From NCBI RefSeq assembly GCF_001194135.2, contig NC_069004.1, forward strand, positions 1,222,651-1,271,801: DNA of 49,151 bases. The letters are read 5' to 3'. This document shows, in pieces, positions 1-10,829 of this stretch (positions within the stretch are counted from its first letter, which is position 1; each line of letters begins with the position of its first letter). The translations under genes were made by a program, and so were the position numbers. Under the pieces are notes generated by a model that was not told the origin of the DNA, made no database searches, and saw only the letters and a list, made by a program, of their open reading frames with translations. Source of the DNA: Octopus bimaculoides. Lineage: Eukaryota.

Positions 1-62
1 GATCTAATCGACTGGCCCCTTCCCCCAAAATTTCAGGCCTTGTGCCCAGAGTAGAAAAGAAC

Positions 63-100
<38 letters not shown>

Positions 101-424
101 TATATAGATGGGTGTGCCTAAGTATGTCAATGTAGCCTTTTATAACAAAACATTTAACAAGTAATGAAATACCAGAGGACTGAAACAAGTGCTGGCATTG
201 ATATGATCTGCTAAAGCCTTAAAAAGTGTTGCCCTAGTATGGCCATGCACCAATGATTGCAAAGAGTAAAAGAATACAAGAATGCAAAGCTTCACATTTG
301 ATGACAGCTGAATGGTGTGTTAATGATACACCAAAATATTTGACACCAAGTTTACATGTACTTCTCTATATTAGCAGATAATTAGTGCTTTGGTAATTTG
401 GATTAATTGTCTGTGAAGGCAGAA

Positions 425-615
425 GTGTGGCTGTGCCTTTGAGAAGCTTGCTTCCCAACCATGTGGTTTCAGGTTCAAGCCTACCGTATAGCAGCTTGAG
501 CAAGTGCAATTTTTTTTCTTCTACAGCTGTGGGCTGACCAAAACTTTGTGAGTGGATTTGGTAGATGGAAACTGAGTAGACCATGTCTTGCACACACACA
601 CACACACACACACAC
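425..615 (+). mobile_element. SINE family A (GGCTGTGTGG..AAGCTTGCTTCCCAACCA..CCTTGTGAGTGGATTTGGTAGA..(CA/TG)n)
   Basis: Homologous to copies at 9010-9197(-), 15425-15550(-), 17022-17200(+), 18530-18740(+), 31178-31308(+) and 38860-39010(+). Confidence 0.75.
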
Positions 616-1404
616 CTTCAGCATTAGTTACTTCAGAAATAAAACTTTATATATATATATATATAAATAAAACTGTCTGTCGAAGATGAAGACAACTGCA
701 AGATTTTTTTTTATTTACTTTGAAAAAAACCCCCCAAAACCTAGAAAACCCATCGGTATCAACGCTTGGTTTCGTATAATCTCTTTGTGTAATACTAAGA
801 GTTTGTATATAAAATAAGTTTAAAAGATAACTTATAGTAAAAGGAATAAGAATTACAATAATACACAAGAACATACAAAGAACACAGCAGTATATGTGTG
901 TAAGAAATCTTTAATGAAAATGTATTAAAAAAAACAAAAAAAATGAAAACAATCTTTCAAACAAACAAAATGCATCTTGAATAAAAAATATGGTCGACTT
1001 CTATAAGTTAAAGGGGAGATAACTGTTCAACCCAGACGTTTCAGTCACAACAAGGCAAGATAGCATTAATTACAGTTAATTATCTCCTAATTAGTTTTTT
1101 TCATTTTTATTTAAAAAGAATTTTTTTAATGCTAAACTGGGAGATAAAATACAATTTTAGCGATAGGATCCGGACCCGTGGGTTTCGAGCCAGACGTTTA
1201 GCATCGTATTTACTGGCCATGGTGCTTCTCTAACAAGAGGGGTGGGAAGAACATGTTAGTGCGTTTTATTTGGCTTTACACACACATACACACGGATACA
1301 CATACATGTGTGTATAATCATACATACAATATATGCGTGTATGTATGCATATAGATGTAGGTATGTACATATATGTATGGATATATGCATGTTTATATAT
1401 TATT

Positions 1405-1443
<39 letters not shown>

Positions 1444-1834
1444 CACACATACACACAGTATGCATGCATATACATACACATATACTGATGCATATACACA
1501 TGTGTATGTGTGTGTGTATATATATATATGCACACACACACACAATATATATATATATATAATGATACACACACACACAATGATTATTTAATATATATTG
1601 ACTAGAAACATGGTGAATTTTTGTAGACAGGTGATGGTAGTCAATTAAATCGACTCAGGTGAGTTGATGTTCAGACATCCTTTACAGCATTCTTCCTGGA
1701 AGTGATAAATGCAAAGTAAAGCCCTGGAGAGATTTTGGACCCCAAAAACATTGAGATTCTCTCCACTGTCTTGGGCCAGGTTTAGAACACACCCACACAC
1801 ACACACACACAAAGTTTATTAGCAACAGTTTATA

Positions 1835-2117
1835 TTTGTCAGTCTGAAGAAGAGAGGAGTGGGGGTCACGCTCTACAATGCTCCTTTTTGGCCTCTCTCC
1901 TTAAAAGTTTTTATCAGTCTGTAAAAGAAGGGAGGGGGGGGGTCAAACTCTATAGCTCCCTTTTTGGCCCCCTCAACTGTTTTTATCAGTCTAAAGAAGA
2001 GGAGAGTGTCAAACTCTATATAACCACTTTTTTAGCTCTTCTCCTTAATTACTTTGATCTGTGGGAAAAAGAGATGAGACTGTTAAACTGTAGAGTCCCC
2101 GTCTTGGCTCTCCCCCT
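1835..2117. repeat. Diverged tandem repeat, about 72-75 bp unit, 3-4 copies
   Basis: TCAGTCT..AAGAAG..GTCA(A/C)(A/G)CTCTA..CTTTTT(G/A)GC recurs, with TCAGTCT anchors at 1839, 1914 and 1986 and a decayed fourth copy near 2056. Confidence 0.75.
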
Positions 2118-2139
2118 TAATGGAAGCTAGTGATGATTA

Positions 2140-2400
2140 GCTAGAATTGTTGCAGGTTATTGGCTGAAGGGAAAATATGGATATGGCAGATTCCAAGGGG
2201 GACAATGCAGTTCTGGAAGTGGAAAAAAACTGGGTGAGCATTTAGAATGCTTTTTGGTAAGGTGATGGGAAGACAAAATGAAATTCTATAAGTAGAGGGT
2301 ATAGAATTGGCAATGTTCAGCGGAGCATAGCATATTGGAGTAGTGATGGTAGAAGAGACAGGAAGGCATACAGCCTGGAAATGGACCAGTGCTGATTGCA
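2140..2400 (-). mobile_element. Decayed L2/CR1-group LINE 3' fragment
   Basis: The minus strand gives CLFYHHYSNMLCSAE and ...FPSANNLQQF, resembling the CLFYRYYxGxCSxEL and FPxxYNLQxF terminal motifs. Heavily decayed. Confidence 0.45.
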
Positions 2401-3112
2401 AAGTATGGAAGTTTGATGGCCTGTTCTTTGATCTTTGTAAAGTCTAAAAAGTGTGTGTGTGTGTGCGTGTGGTGAATGTACAATAAGTATATAATGTTTG
2501 GAGCAATACCCTCTAATCACTACTCAGAGTGTAGGGTATATATGTAAAGCAGTGCACTCTCCTCCATATGCTGTGTATATGGGGTATGTGAAATAACATT
2601 TGGAGCAGTGCTCAAAGTGTAGACAGTACGTGTATGTGCAGCGATCTGATAACAACTGTAGCTCTAATATTCTATTGTATGGAAAATTTATTATTTTCAA
2701 GTTACAAGTTGAATCCTCTGCTGAGACAGGGAGATAATGTTATCACCTTAGCATACCTGCTCAGGTATTTTTCACTATTTATCTTTCCAAATAGCTGTAG
2801 TAGAGTTAAAGGAATGGGGGTGAAAATGTATGAGTTATGAACTGTCAAAATAATTTTCTTTTTTTTTAATGATATAAAAGCTATTATTGCTATTATTCTA
2901 CCACTCATTTCTGTTTATATGTATATATTATGTTATATTTGTATAATGATAGTTTTTACTAGGTTAATATTTACATGATGACAAATGCCTCAACGAGACA
3001 AAGTCCAAGGTATTTGATATGTAGATCCAGATTGAATAAGATTAAGGAGATCAGATTTATCTCCCTTTTGATAGCATGCCAGTCTATTGCAGATGTCCCC
3101 AACACGAATAGA

Positions 3113-3113
<1 letters not shown>

Positions 3114-3159
<46 letters not shown>
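3114..3159. repeat. 46-nt poly(A) run (poly-U in the RASSF8 3' UTR)
   Basis: Directly visible; starts about 25 nt after the RASSF8 stop codon on the sense strand. Confidence 0.95.
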
Positions 3160-3161
<2 letters not shown>

Positions 3162-3184
3162 ACATAGACGAATCCAGTTGACAT

Positions 3185-3333
3185 TTAAACCCAGACACCT
3201 TCACCAGACAATACACTATTGTCTTCGGTTTGAACCACGTCCTCAGGTGAAGACCTACATCCAGCAACATCTTTTGACCCAGAGGTGCTTTGACGAGCAA
3301 ATTGATGTTGCTTCTCCAATAACTTTAAAACAA
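3185..3333 (-). CDS. RASSF8: RASSF7/8-like protein, terminal coding exon
   Basis: Acceptor TTTATTTTTGCAG| at 3334-3335, phase matches. Reads VVLKLLEKQHQFARQ...SVLSGEGVWV*. The end resembles the human RASSF8 C-terminus (EGIYV, from memory). Total CDS 2043 nt = 680 aa plus stop. Confidence 0.88.
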
Positions 3334-4259
3334 CTGCAAAAATAAAGTTAAAAGAGAAAAAAAAAAAAAAATTGAACAACAAAGAATTAATTAAAACACC
3401 AAAAATATAGATGAATCATTAATATAGAATAATTATTTTAATTAGAGCTTGGAAATAACTATATATATATACTTGTATGGTGGCTGTCACTTCTTTACAA
3501 AAGAAAGGTGGCTTTCTCTTCAATTACTAAATCCGATCATGAAATCTCATATGACCAGCAAGTCCAGCTTTGGATAAACAGACTCTACAAGAGGTATTAG
3601 GAACATTTTCAGGCAGAAAAGTATCTAAGATTGAAGTCAAGCCCTGTTTACAAAGCACTGAGTTCAAGAGATATATATATATATATATATATGTAGTGAG
3701 ATTTCACAAGAAAACAGAAGATGAACATGGGTGTGTAAACAACAAACAGATGTATTAGTTTAATGTTCGGGAAGTGAGAAAGTCCTTTATGTTTCGAGCC
3801 TATGCTCTTTGACAGATATTTGTTTTATTAGCATTTTGATAAAATGGGTTATGGAGACATTTTCTGCACCATTTTGCCATCCAATGACCAAACTCTTAGG
3901 ATTAGGATAATGTTTTCCAGCTGATATATTTTTATCCATTCCCCGTGGATTAGAAACGACAGCACTCAGGTTTCAAGTACTTAATCGACTTGTATATCAC
4001 TAAATGTCAAAGTATCCAAAATTAATAATTAATCAATTTTTAAATATTCAGATAATTAACTATCATTTGGATTTTTGAATACTTAGAAAGTAGGTTAATA
4101 ATGTTTTTAATATTTACACGGCTGTAAGGGTAAGACGCTCACTTTGCAACCATGTGGCTTCAGGTTCAGTCTCTAGGTATGGCATCTTGGGCAATAGATA
4201 GTTGGCAAAGGTGCCGTGCAGTGGAATTGAACCAGCAACTTGCACTTATGTTAATATTA

Positions 4260-4385
4260 CATCAACCCCAAAGGGATAAACAGCAAAGTCAACCATGGCT
4301 GAATTTGAACTCAGAACATAAAGACGGATGAAATGCTGTTAAGCATTTTTCCTGGCATGCTAACGATTCTGCCAGCTCGTCGCCT
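4260..4385 (-). mobile_element. SINE family B 5' part
   Basis: AATTTGAACTCAGAAC...GCTAACGATTCTGCCAGCTCG on the plus strand. Confidence 0.7.
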
Positions 4386-5379
4386 AATTTTAAATTTAAC
4401 ATTAAGATTATTAACATTAATTTACTATATTTTCATGAGATGATAAAGCCACCTTTCTCATAAATCTGTTTAAGCCATCTACAATAACATGGAAATCAGA
4501 AAATACTAGAGTTTTCTAAAGTGGCTAAATGGAATATAAAGAAACATTTAATTTAGCCATTTAAGCTACTGCAATTAAATGAGAAATCATTAAGAATAGA
4601 AGAGGTAAAGTAGTTTGATTATAAAAGGAAAAAAAAAAAATGGAATAGAATAAGCAATAGACAGAAAACATAAATATTGATGTATTTTCAGACAAAAATT
4701 CTATTGCGTACAAAAATAAATGATAAAATAGAAAAAAGCCATTGTTTGAAGTATAAAAAAATAAAACAGCCAAGAAATAATGAAATTTAGTTAAGACTTA
4801 AGCTAAACAACAACAACAACAACAACAATAGCAACAACATCATTTTAGCAGATAATACTAAAAATGTGGACACAACAGGAATGAGATTGTTGTATTTATT
4901 AGAATACGTGTCAGTAAAAGTAAGAGACGTATTTCTGTGTAGCAAAAATTTCTGGTATTAATATATTATTAATAATATGGGAATGGCAATGCTAACCACA
5001 ATAGTAGCAATGTAGCAACACTGACTGGGGGGGAAAAAAAAGGGGGGAAACGACAAGAAGCAAGCTGCACAGCAAAGGCCAAAAGAGAGAGAGAGAGCCA
5101 ACACACCTGAACCATCTGTGCAGAGGAACTGACTATGGTAGAAGCTAAGTGGGTGGTGAGAATGGTCTTATTTTTTATTTTTTTGGTCAGTCAACTGTGC
5201 AGAACCTACCTATTTCCATGGGTAGGACCTGTAGAAAATGAGGTAATCGCATTAGAAAGTGGTCTTTGATACAAACTTGTTGTTTTTCTTTTTCTTTAGT
5301 GATCTAAATTCAAACATTCCATGAAAATTGTGGTAATTTATGTTAATTTATGTTTCAAACATCAGATTAATAATTCTTT

Positions 5380-5595
5380 CTATTAGTACAAGGCCTGAAA
5401 TTTTTTTTTTTTGGGGGGGGTGTAAAGTCAATGACATCAACCTCTACTTGACTGGTACTTGATTTTATCAACCCCAAAATGATGAAAGGCTAAGTAGACC
5501 TTGGCAGAATTTGAACTCAGAACGTAAAGCCAGAAAACCTGCAGCTAAGCATTTTGTCTGGTGTCCTAATGACTCCACCAGTTTGCTGCCTTCAG
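5380..5595 (-). mobile_element. SINE family B (..TTCTGAGTTCAAATT..GATAAAAT(A/C)AAGTACCAG..TTTCAGGCCTTGT..)
   Basis: Homologous to 1-65(+), 4260-4385(-), 11818-11945(+), 12300-12430(-), 28800-29012(+) and 40680-40780(+). Confidence 0.7.
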
Positions 5596-5769
5596 AATAA
5601 CGGTTCAAAGTTTGGCAAACAAATGTTGTTCCTCAAACTTAGAGTTATTAATATCAACATTGTTATATTGCTGAAGACTGAGTCTTTGGGATTGTGTGTA
5701 CCTTATTCTGATAATAACATGATTTTTGTTACCACTTCAAATCAACTATGGTGAAAACAGAGTGGAAAC

Positions 5770-6125
5770 GGTTCAGATCCAACATCGTCATCACCATCGT
5801 TGTTGTCGTCATCACCATTATTCTCACTCTGATCACCACTGTTACCATGACAATCAGATTTGTTTACCAACTGACAACTCTTATTTATAAAATATCTTTC
5901 CCTATTGCAATGAGTGATGATGATGACGATGATGATGATGAGAGTGATGATTATGATGGTGATGATTATGATGGTGATAGTGATAATGCTAAGAGAAATG
6001 ATGATGATGATGATGAGAGCAGAGGTGATGACACTTATGGTGATAATGATAACCCATTCCAGCATGGACAATGGACGTTAAATGATGATGATGATGATGG
6101 TGATGGTGATGGTAAAGGTGATAAA
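5770..6125. repeat. (CAT/GAT)n trinucleotide low-complexity region
   Basis: Directly visible. Partly seeded by an RTE-type tail (CCAGCATGGACAATGGACGTTAAATGATGAT) at 6053-6110. Confidence 0.85.
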
Positions 6126-6182
6126 CGACCATGTACAGAAAAGGTAGAGAAAATAAACCAATGTCTAGCTTACAGCCCTCAC

Positions 6183-6683
6183 CTGTTCCAGTGTTTGCCG
6201 TTTTGTTTGTGCTGACAACCGAACTTTTCTCCAGATCGTTCAGGTTCAAATCCTTCACTCGCTCCATCAGTTCATTTTCTTTATGTTCTTTCTCTTTGAA
6301 TTCCTTCTCAACTTGGTTCACCTGTTCAGTCAACTCATCCAACATTTTCTCCCGTTCCCCATCTTCAGCCGTTTCCTCTTCGATCTTCTTCTGTATCGTA
6401 TTAATCTCCTCATTGCACTTGTTCACCTCGGATTCCAGTTGTTTGTTTAGATCAGCTATTTTGCTATTAACCTTCTGCAACTGATCCTCCATATTATGAA
6501 GTTCCTGTCTGTGGTTGGCCAATTCCGACTTCAACGCTTCCTCATTGCGGAGTTCCTGGTCCACAACACCTTGCCAGTCCTCATTCTCAATCTCACTCAA
6601 TTCCTCTGTGTAACTGTCGGACAAACTTTCAAAAGCTGCAATTTCTTTTCTGTTTTCAAGTAATTCTTCAGCTGAGACAATTT
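6183..6683 (-). CDS. RASSF8: RASSF7/8-like protein, coding exon 2 (acidic coiled coil)
   Basis: Acceptor TTTCACAG| at 6684-6685 and donor ACAG|GTGAGG after 6183. The exon is 501 nt, phase 1/1, and reads EIVSAEELLENRKEIAAFESLSDSYTEELSEIENEDWQGVVDQELRNEE...TANTGT, in frame with exon 1. Heptad-like E/K/L/Q composition. Confidence 0.88.
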
Positions 6684-7387
6684 CTGTGAAATGAAGAGAA
6701 ATAAAGAAACGCCATATTAGTAAATCGCTTTTTTTGGGGGGGGGGAAATAAATGAATATAAAATAAACTTAGTGTCATTCTAATAAGGTGCCACAACAAA
6801 TTCTCAAGGTACAAGAAGGTGAGCAAAAGGAGAGAGAGGATAGAGAGAGTGTGAGGGGAGAGTAGCAAATAGGTAAGGATGGGAGTGAGTGACAAACAAG
6901 GGTGGGGGCGCTGTTGAAGGAAATGCCAGCAGGAAGAGGGGGTGGGTAGGGTGAGAGGTAGAAGAATGACTCAGGAATGAGAGAACGGATCAGAATGATG
7001 AGCAGTGGAGAGGGAGGGATGGGGATATATAAGGGGCCAGAGTAGGTGGGTTATGATGGTAGGGGAGGGGATTGAGAATGATTGATGATAAGAGAAGGGT
7101 CAAGAATGGAGTATAGCAGAGGAGGGAGATGATAATGAGAAATGGAAGTGGGTCCAAGGAGAAGGGGAGGAGGGAGGTAACGAGAAGGGGAGGAGATGTA
7201 ATATGCTCTCAGGTGGTTACAGCAGCCAGGTTGTACCATAGATAGGTGAATGACAGGTGTAAGGGAATGAGAATTGGGGGAAATGTTTAGCAAGAGGGAA
7301 AGAGATGAGGGAGAAACAGGGCCCTGCACGTACAAGAATGCCAGGATTTTTCAATTCCCTTTTTCCCTTCTATATATAAATATATAT

Positions 7388-7595
7388 GTCTGTGTGTTTG
7401 TCCCCCACCACTGCTTGACAACTGGTGTTGGGGTGTTTACATCCCTGTAACTTAGTGGTCTGGCAAAAGAGCCTGACAGAATAGGTATCAGGTTTAAAAA
7501 AAAAAAAATTAAGTCATGGGACCGATTCATTCGACTAAAATTCTTCAAGGTAGTGCCCCAGCAAAGCCGCAGTCTAATGAGTGAAAGAAGATAAA
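7388..7595 (+). mobile_element. SINE 3' segment family C
   Basis: GCTTGACAACTGGTGTTG..TTTACATCCCTGTAACTTAG..TTCGACTAAA..AAGGTAGTGCCCCAGC. Homologous to 15820-16010(-), 18600-18740(+) and 24110-24290(-). Confidence 0.65.
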
Positions 7596-9009
7596 CTAAT
7601 TAATTCGTAATCCCCATTAGATGTCTCTGATGTAGGTATGAGATTTACTCGTTGATAAAAGGTCATTAAAGAGTGAGCTTTAGTGTTTTGGTTTGTCAAA
7701 CGAACAGAATCAAATGCCTGACATTCCACGACCACAGGTATTCACTGATAGGTGGACTGTCCTGCTGGTCTCAAAGGGTAGAATGATAATGGGTCGTAAC
7801 CTTTCGTATCTTTTGTAAAAGGGCATCAGAAGACTAAAGTTGGCAAGGAACTAAGCCGGGAGTTTTCGTCAACACCCCCTCCTCTGCTAATGTAGGAACA
7901 CCCACAAGTGGGATGTATCAGAAACAGGCAGAAGTATAGTTGGTGGACAGCCCAGGTATTTGGTTTTATTTCTGAAACATGCATGCATGTGTGCACCTGT
8001 ACTGCACGTGTACACACGATTACATAAGCATGTGTGCACATGCACAAATGTACACACACACACACGGTTTTATATGCAAACCAACATAATCACAGATAGT
8101 TTTATGTTACTTTATGATTAGAAAAAGTTGGCCAATACATTCATATACACACACATTCCTGACTTACGCAGATCCTCGCCAACACACACATCTCTCACCG
8201 ACACTCCCTTACAACACATACACACCATCACACACATACTCTCACCAACACACATGCACACACTGAAACACACAAACACACACACACTCACTATAGAGGC
8301 TGTATCTCTGAGAGAACTTTTGGGGTTAACTAACAGCTTCATTTAATCGACACGTGCGAACACACACACACACACACACAGAGAATACTATAACACGCAA
8401 GCTTGCATTTTGTGTTGCACCTGCTTCAGTATTAACAATTCACAAACATGAATTAACATTAAAATATAATCACAGAGTATCTACATTTCAATGGCAAGGG
8501 TCCACTACTAAACTCCAGAAATCTGAATGAGCTGTCGTGAATTAAGGATTCCGAGACCCTGTTTATGGGAAACAGATTTTGGAATTAAGCTGCAAATCAA
8601 GCTTTGCAGGAGGTCACTTGGATTAAATCAGTAATGTCAGTCATTCTTTCCCATAATCTAATATTTCTGTCAAGCTCTCCACACAAGAGCCTGAGAAATT
8701 AAGCTAATGAGGCAGGCCTATTAATGAGGTTTCTACAGGTGTGTGCTTGTCTTTCATTCATTCTCAATTCACTCTCTCTCTCTCTCTCCCCCTCTCTCTC
8801 ATACACACACACACACACACACTGTACTATTGCTGTTGATGTCTGAATTCAGCCTTGACAGAGTAGATCTATAGTCAAAACCATTCCAACTGTGACCATC
8901 CCATCATGTTTTCAGGGATAGTATATCTAGGAATCCCCGATGTGCTCATTTAGGGTGGAATTTGAGGGAGATTTGGTTGTTATTTTAAGTAAGCAGAATA
9001 AATACATAG

Positions 9010-9197
9010 ATGCAGACACACACATATATATATATATATACAATGGGCTTCTTTCAGTTTCTGTCTACCAAATCCACTCACAAGTCTTTGGTTGGCCCAA
9101 GGCTATAGTAGAAGACACTTTCCCCCACTTGTACAGTAGGACTGAACTGAATATCACATGGTTGGGAAGCAAACTACTTAACCACACAGCCATGCCT
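9010..9197 (-). mobile_element. SINE family A copy, about 55 nt inside the RASSF8 intron after coding exon 1
   Basis: Reverse complement matches the 425-615 and 17022-17200 copies. Confidence 0.75.
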
Positions 9198-9251
9198 AAA
9201 AATTAAACCAAATATCTAATTACAATAAAAATATAAAACAGAAGCACATAC

Positions 9252-10644
9252 CTTGTTCTAAATCCTTAATTAAGGTCTTTTTTAATTCAATTTCATTATG
9301 CTGTTGATCAATCAATTGATACAAAATCTGAGGATCCCGATCTCTGGTCAGTTGGTCAACATAGTTTTGTCCCTGTATCCTGTAATACTCTGCCGTTTTG
9401 CTCGGCATTGGAGACACGGCTGAAAAGGGGTAATTTTTCTCAAGATCATATTCTTCGATGTCTGATAGAATCCTGTTATCATGCAAAATAGTTTTGTTGG
9501 TGCTAGAATGGAAGGAACTTAACACTTTACTCTTATCCTCGTCAATGTCTGGATTATCCTTAAACTCATTATAAGTTGATTTCTCAGACAAGACTTTGTC
9601 AACATCGTTATGAACACTTTTAAACGTCTGTAGATGACTGTGAGAATTACTGTCATTATTATTATTATTATTATTAGGCTTGGTATTTCTGCTGTAATAA
9701 TTGTTGTTCATAGACGAATCCCCAACATTGCCAGTTGTATTTTGGGAATTTGGTCCCGGAACATTATTGTGCGATATTCTGTTTGGTAAGTCCTGATTTG
9801 TAGATAGAGACAAATGGCTGTAACTCTGTATAGGAGACACAGTGCCAATAGTTCGAACTGGTTGTTTCTCATTAATAGGTTTTAGTGGAAGATTTCGAGG
9901 TTTTGGTTGAGGTTTAATGGAAGATATGGGTTTCTGTATATATGGATGTTGGTTTTGAAATAATTTTTGTTGTTGTTGTTGTTGTGATTGTTGGTGGTGG
10001 TGGTGTTGTTGTTGTCGTGTATAGGGTTGATTTGAATGTGATGGTTCTGGTCGATTCTGCTGATATGGTGATGAAGAATTAACGCGATATTGTGGCTGCT
10101 TTGGGACTTGGTTATTATAATGATGATGATGTGATTGGGAAGAAGTTTGTGAAGATGCTATGGAGGACTCATTTGTGGTGCTGAGAGGAAGGCTGCGCCG
10201 TGTATGTGAGCGAGAGGGTTTCGGTTTCTCTTGGGAACTGTACATAGCTCCACTGAAAGTTAACGACCTCTTCACACTGTAATCTTGAGCTTGAGATGAT
10301 ATTGGGGACAAATTCTGTGCCCTCACGGCATCATTGGACGAAGCACCAGATTTATCAAGACATTCGTTAGGTTTTTTAGTTGCAGCAGTTGCAGGTACAG
10401 TATCCGTTTGCTGCAAGATAAACTGCACGTCTGATGCATACTGGCCCCATTTCTGCAGAACTAGAAATGGTTTCTCCCAAGGTGGTAAAGAACGTTCCTG
10501 ATTGCGCCATTTCTCCAACAGAGAGAAACGACCTGCCCGGCCGATGGCGCGTGCAAGTGCAATGACGATATCCTGGCATGTTGTTTCCTCGCTCACCCCA
10601 CATACCACCCGGACGAAACCGTCGACAATTACTTTCAGTTCCAT
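9252..10644 (-). CDS. RASSF8: RASSF7/8-like protein, coding exon 1 (Ras-association domain plus long Q/H/N/S-rich region and start of coiled coil)
   Basis: Starts [77 protein letters not shown], which matches the N-terminal RA domain of RASSF7/8. Acceptor (poly-T...CTGCAG) lies at 10706-10707 upstream of the ATG. Donor CAAG|GTATGT follows 9252, phase 1 (1393 nt). Confidence 0.92.
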
Positions 10645-10829
10645 TTCTCGCTTGTGTCACCAAAACGTAGAATCAGAAATCTGTGAGACTTTCACCATAT
10701 TTCACCTGCAGAAGACCAAAAAAAAAAAAAAAAGAAAAACAAAACAAAAAGGTAAAATCAGTAATTTGTAAAAAAACAAAACAAAAACAAAGGTTAAATC
10801 AAATAAAAACAACGTTTATAAATATAATG

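Noticed and set aside
1260-1600. YI/HT/CV-rich ORFs (here and at many other sites)
   Set aside because: Translations of TA/CA/TG microsatellites.
4960-5025. Possible alternative terminal exon encoding a hydrophobic tail (VSVATLLLLWLALPFPYY*)
   Set aside because: Only a polypyrimidine tract and AG support it. It would delete the conserved C-terminus, and there is no further evidence.
5107-5229. Larger cassette exon using the CTACAG acceptor near 5230
   Set aside because: It hits a stop after 7 codons and is less parsimonious than the 9-nt microexon reading.
5989-6182. His-rich C-terminal extension of the 211-aa ORF
   Set aside because: It is read-through past a strong GTGAG donor into repeat-derived intron. 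The spliced form gives the conserved EGVWV end.
5748-6215. 155-aa acidic poly-D ORF on the plus strand and 109-aa poly-I ORF on the minus strand
   Set aside because: Both are translations of the GAT/CAT microsatellite in a RASSF8 intron, with no domain or splice support.
6131-6484. 117-aa antisense ORF
   Set aside because: It is a shadow of RASSF8 exon 2 codon bias.
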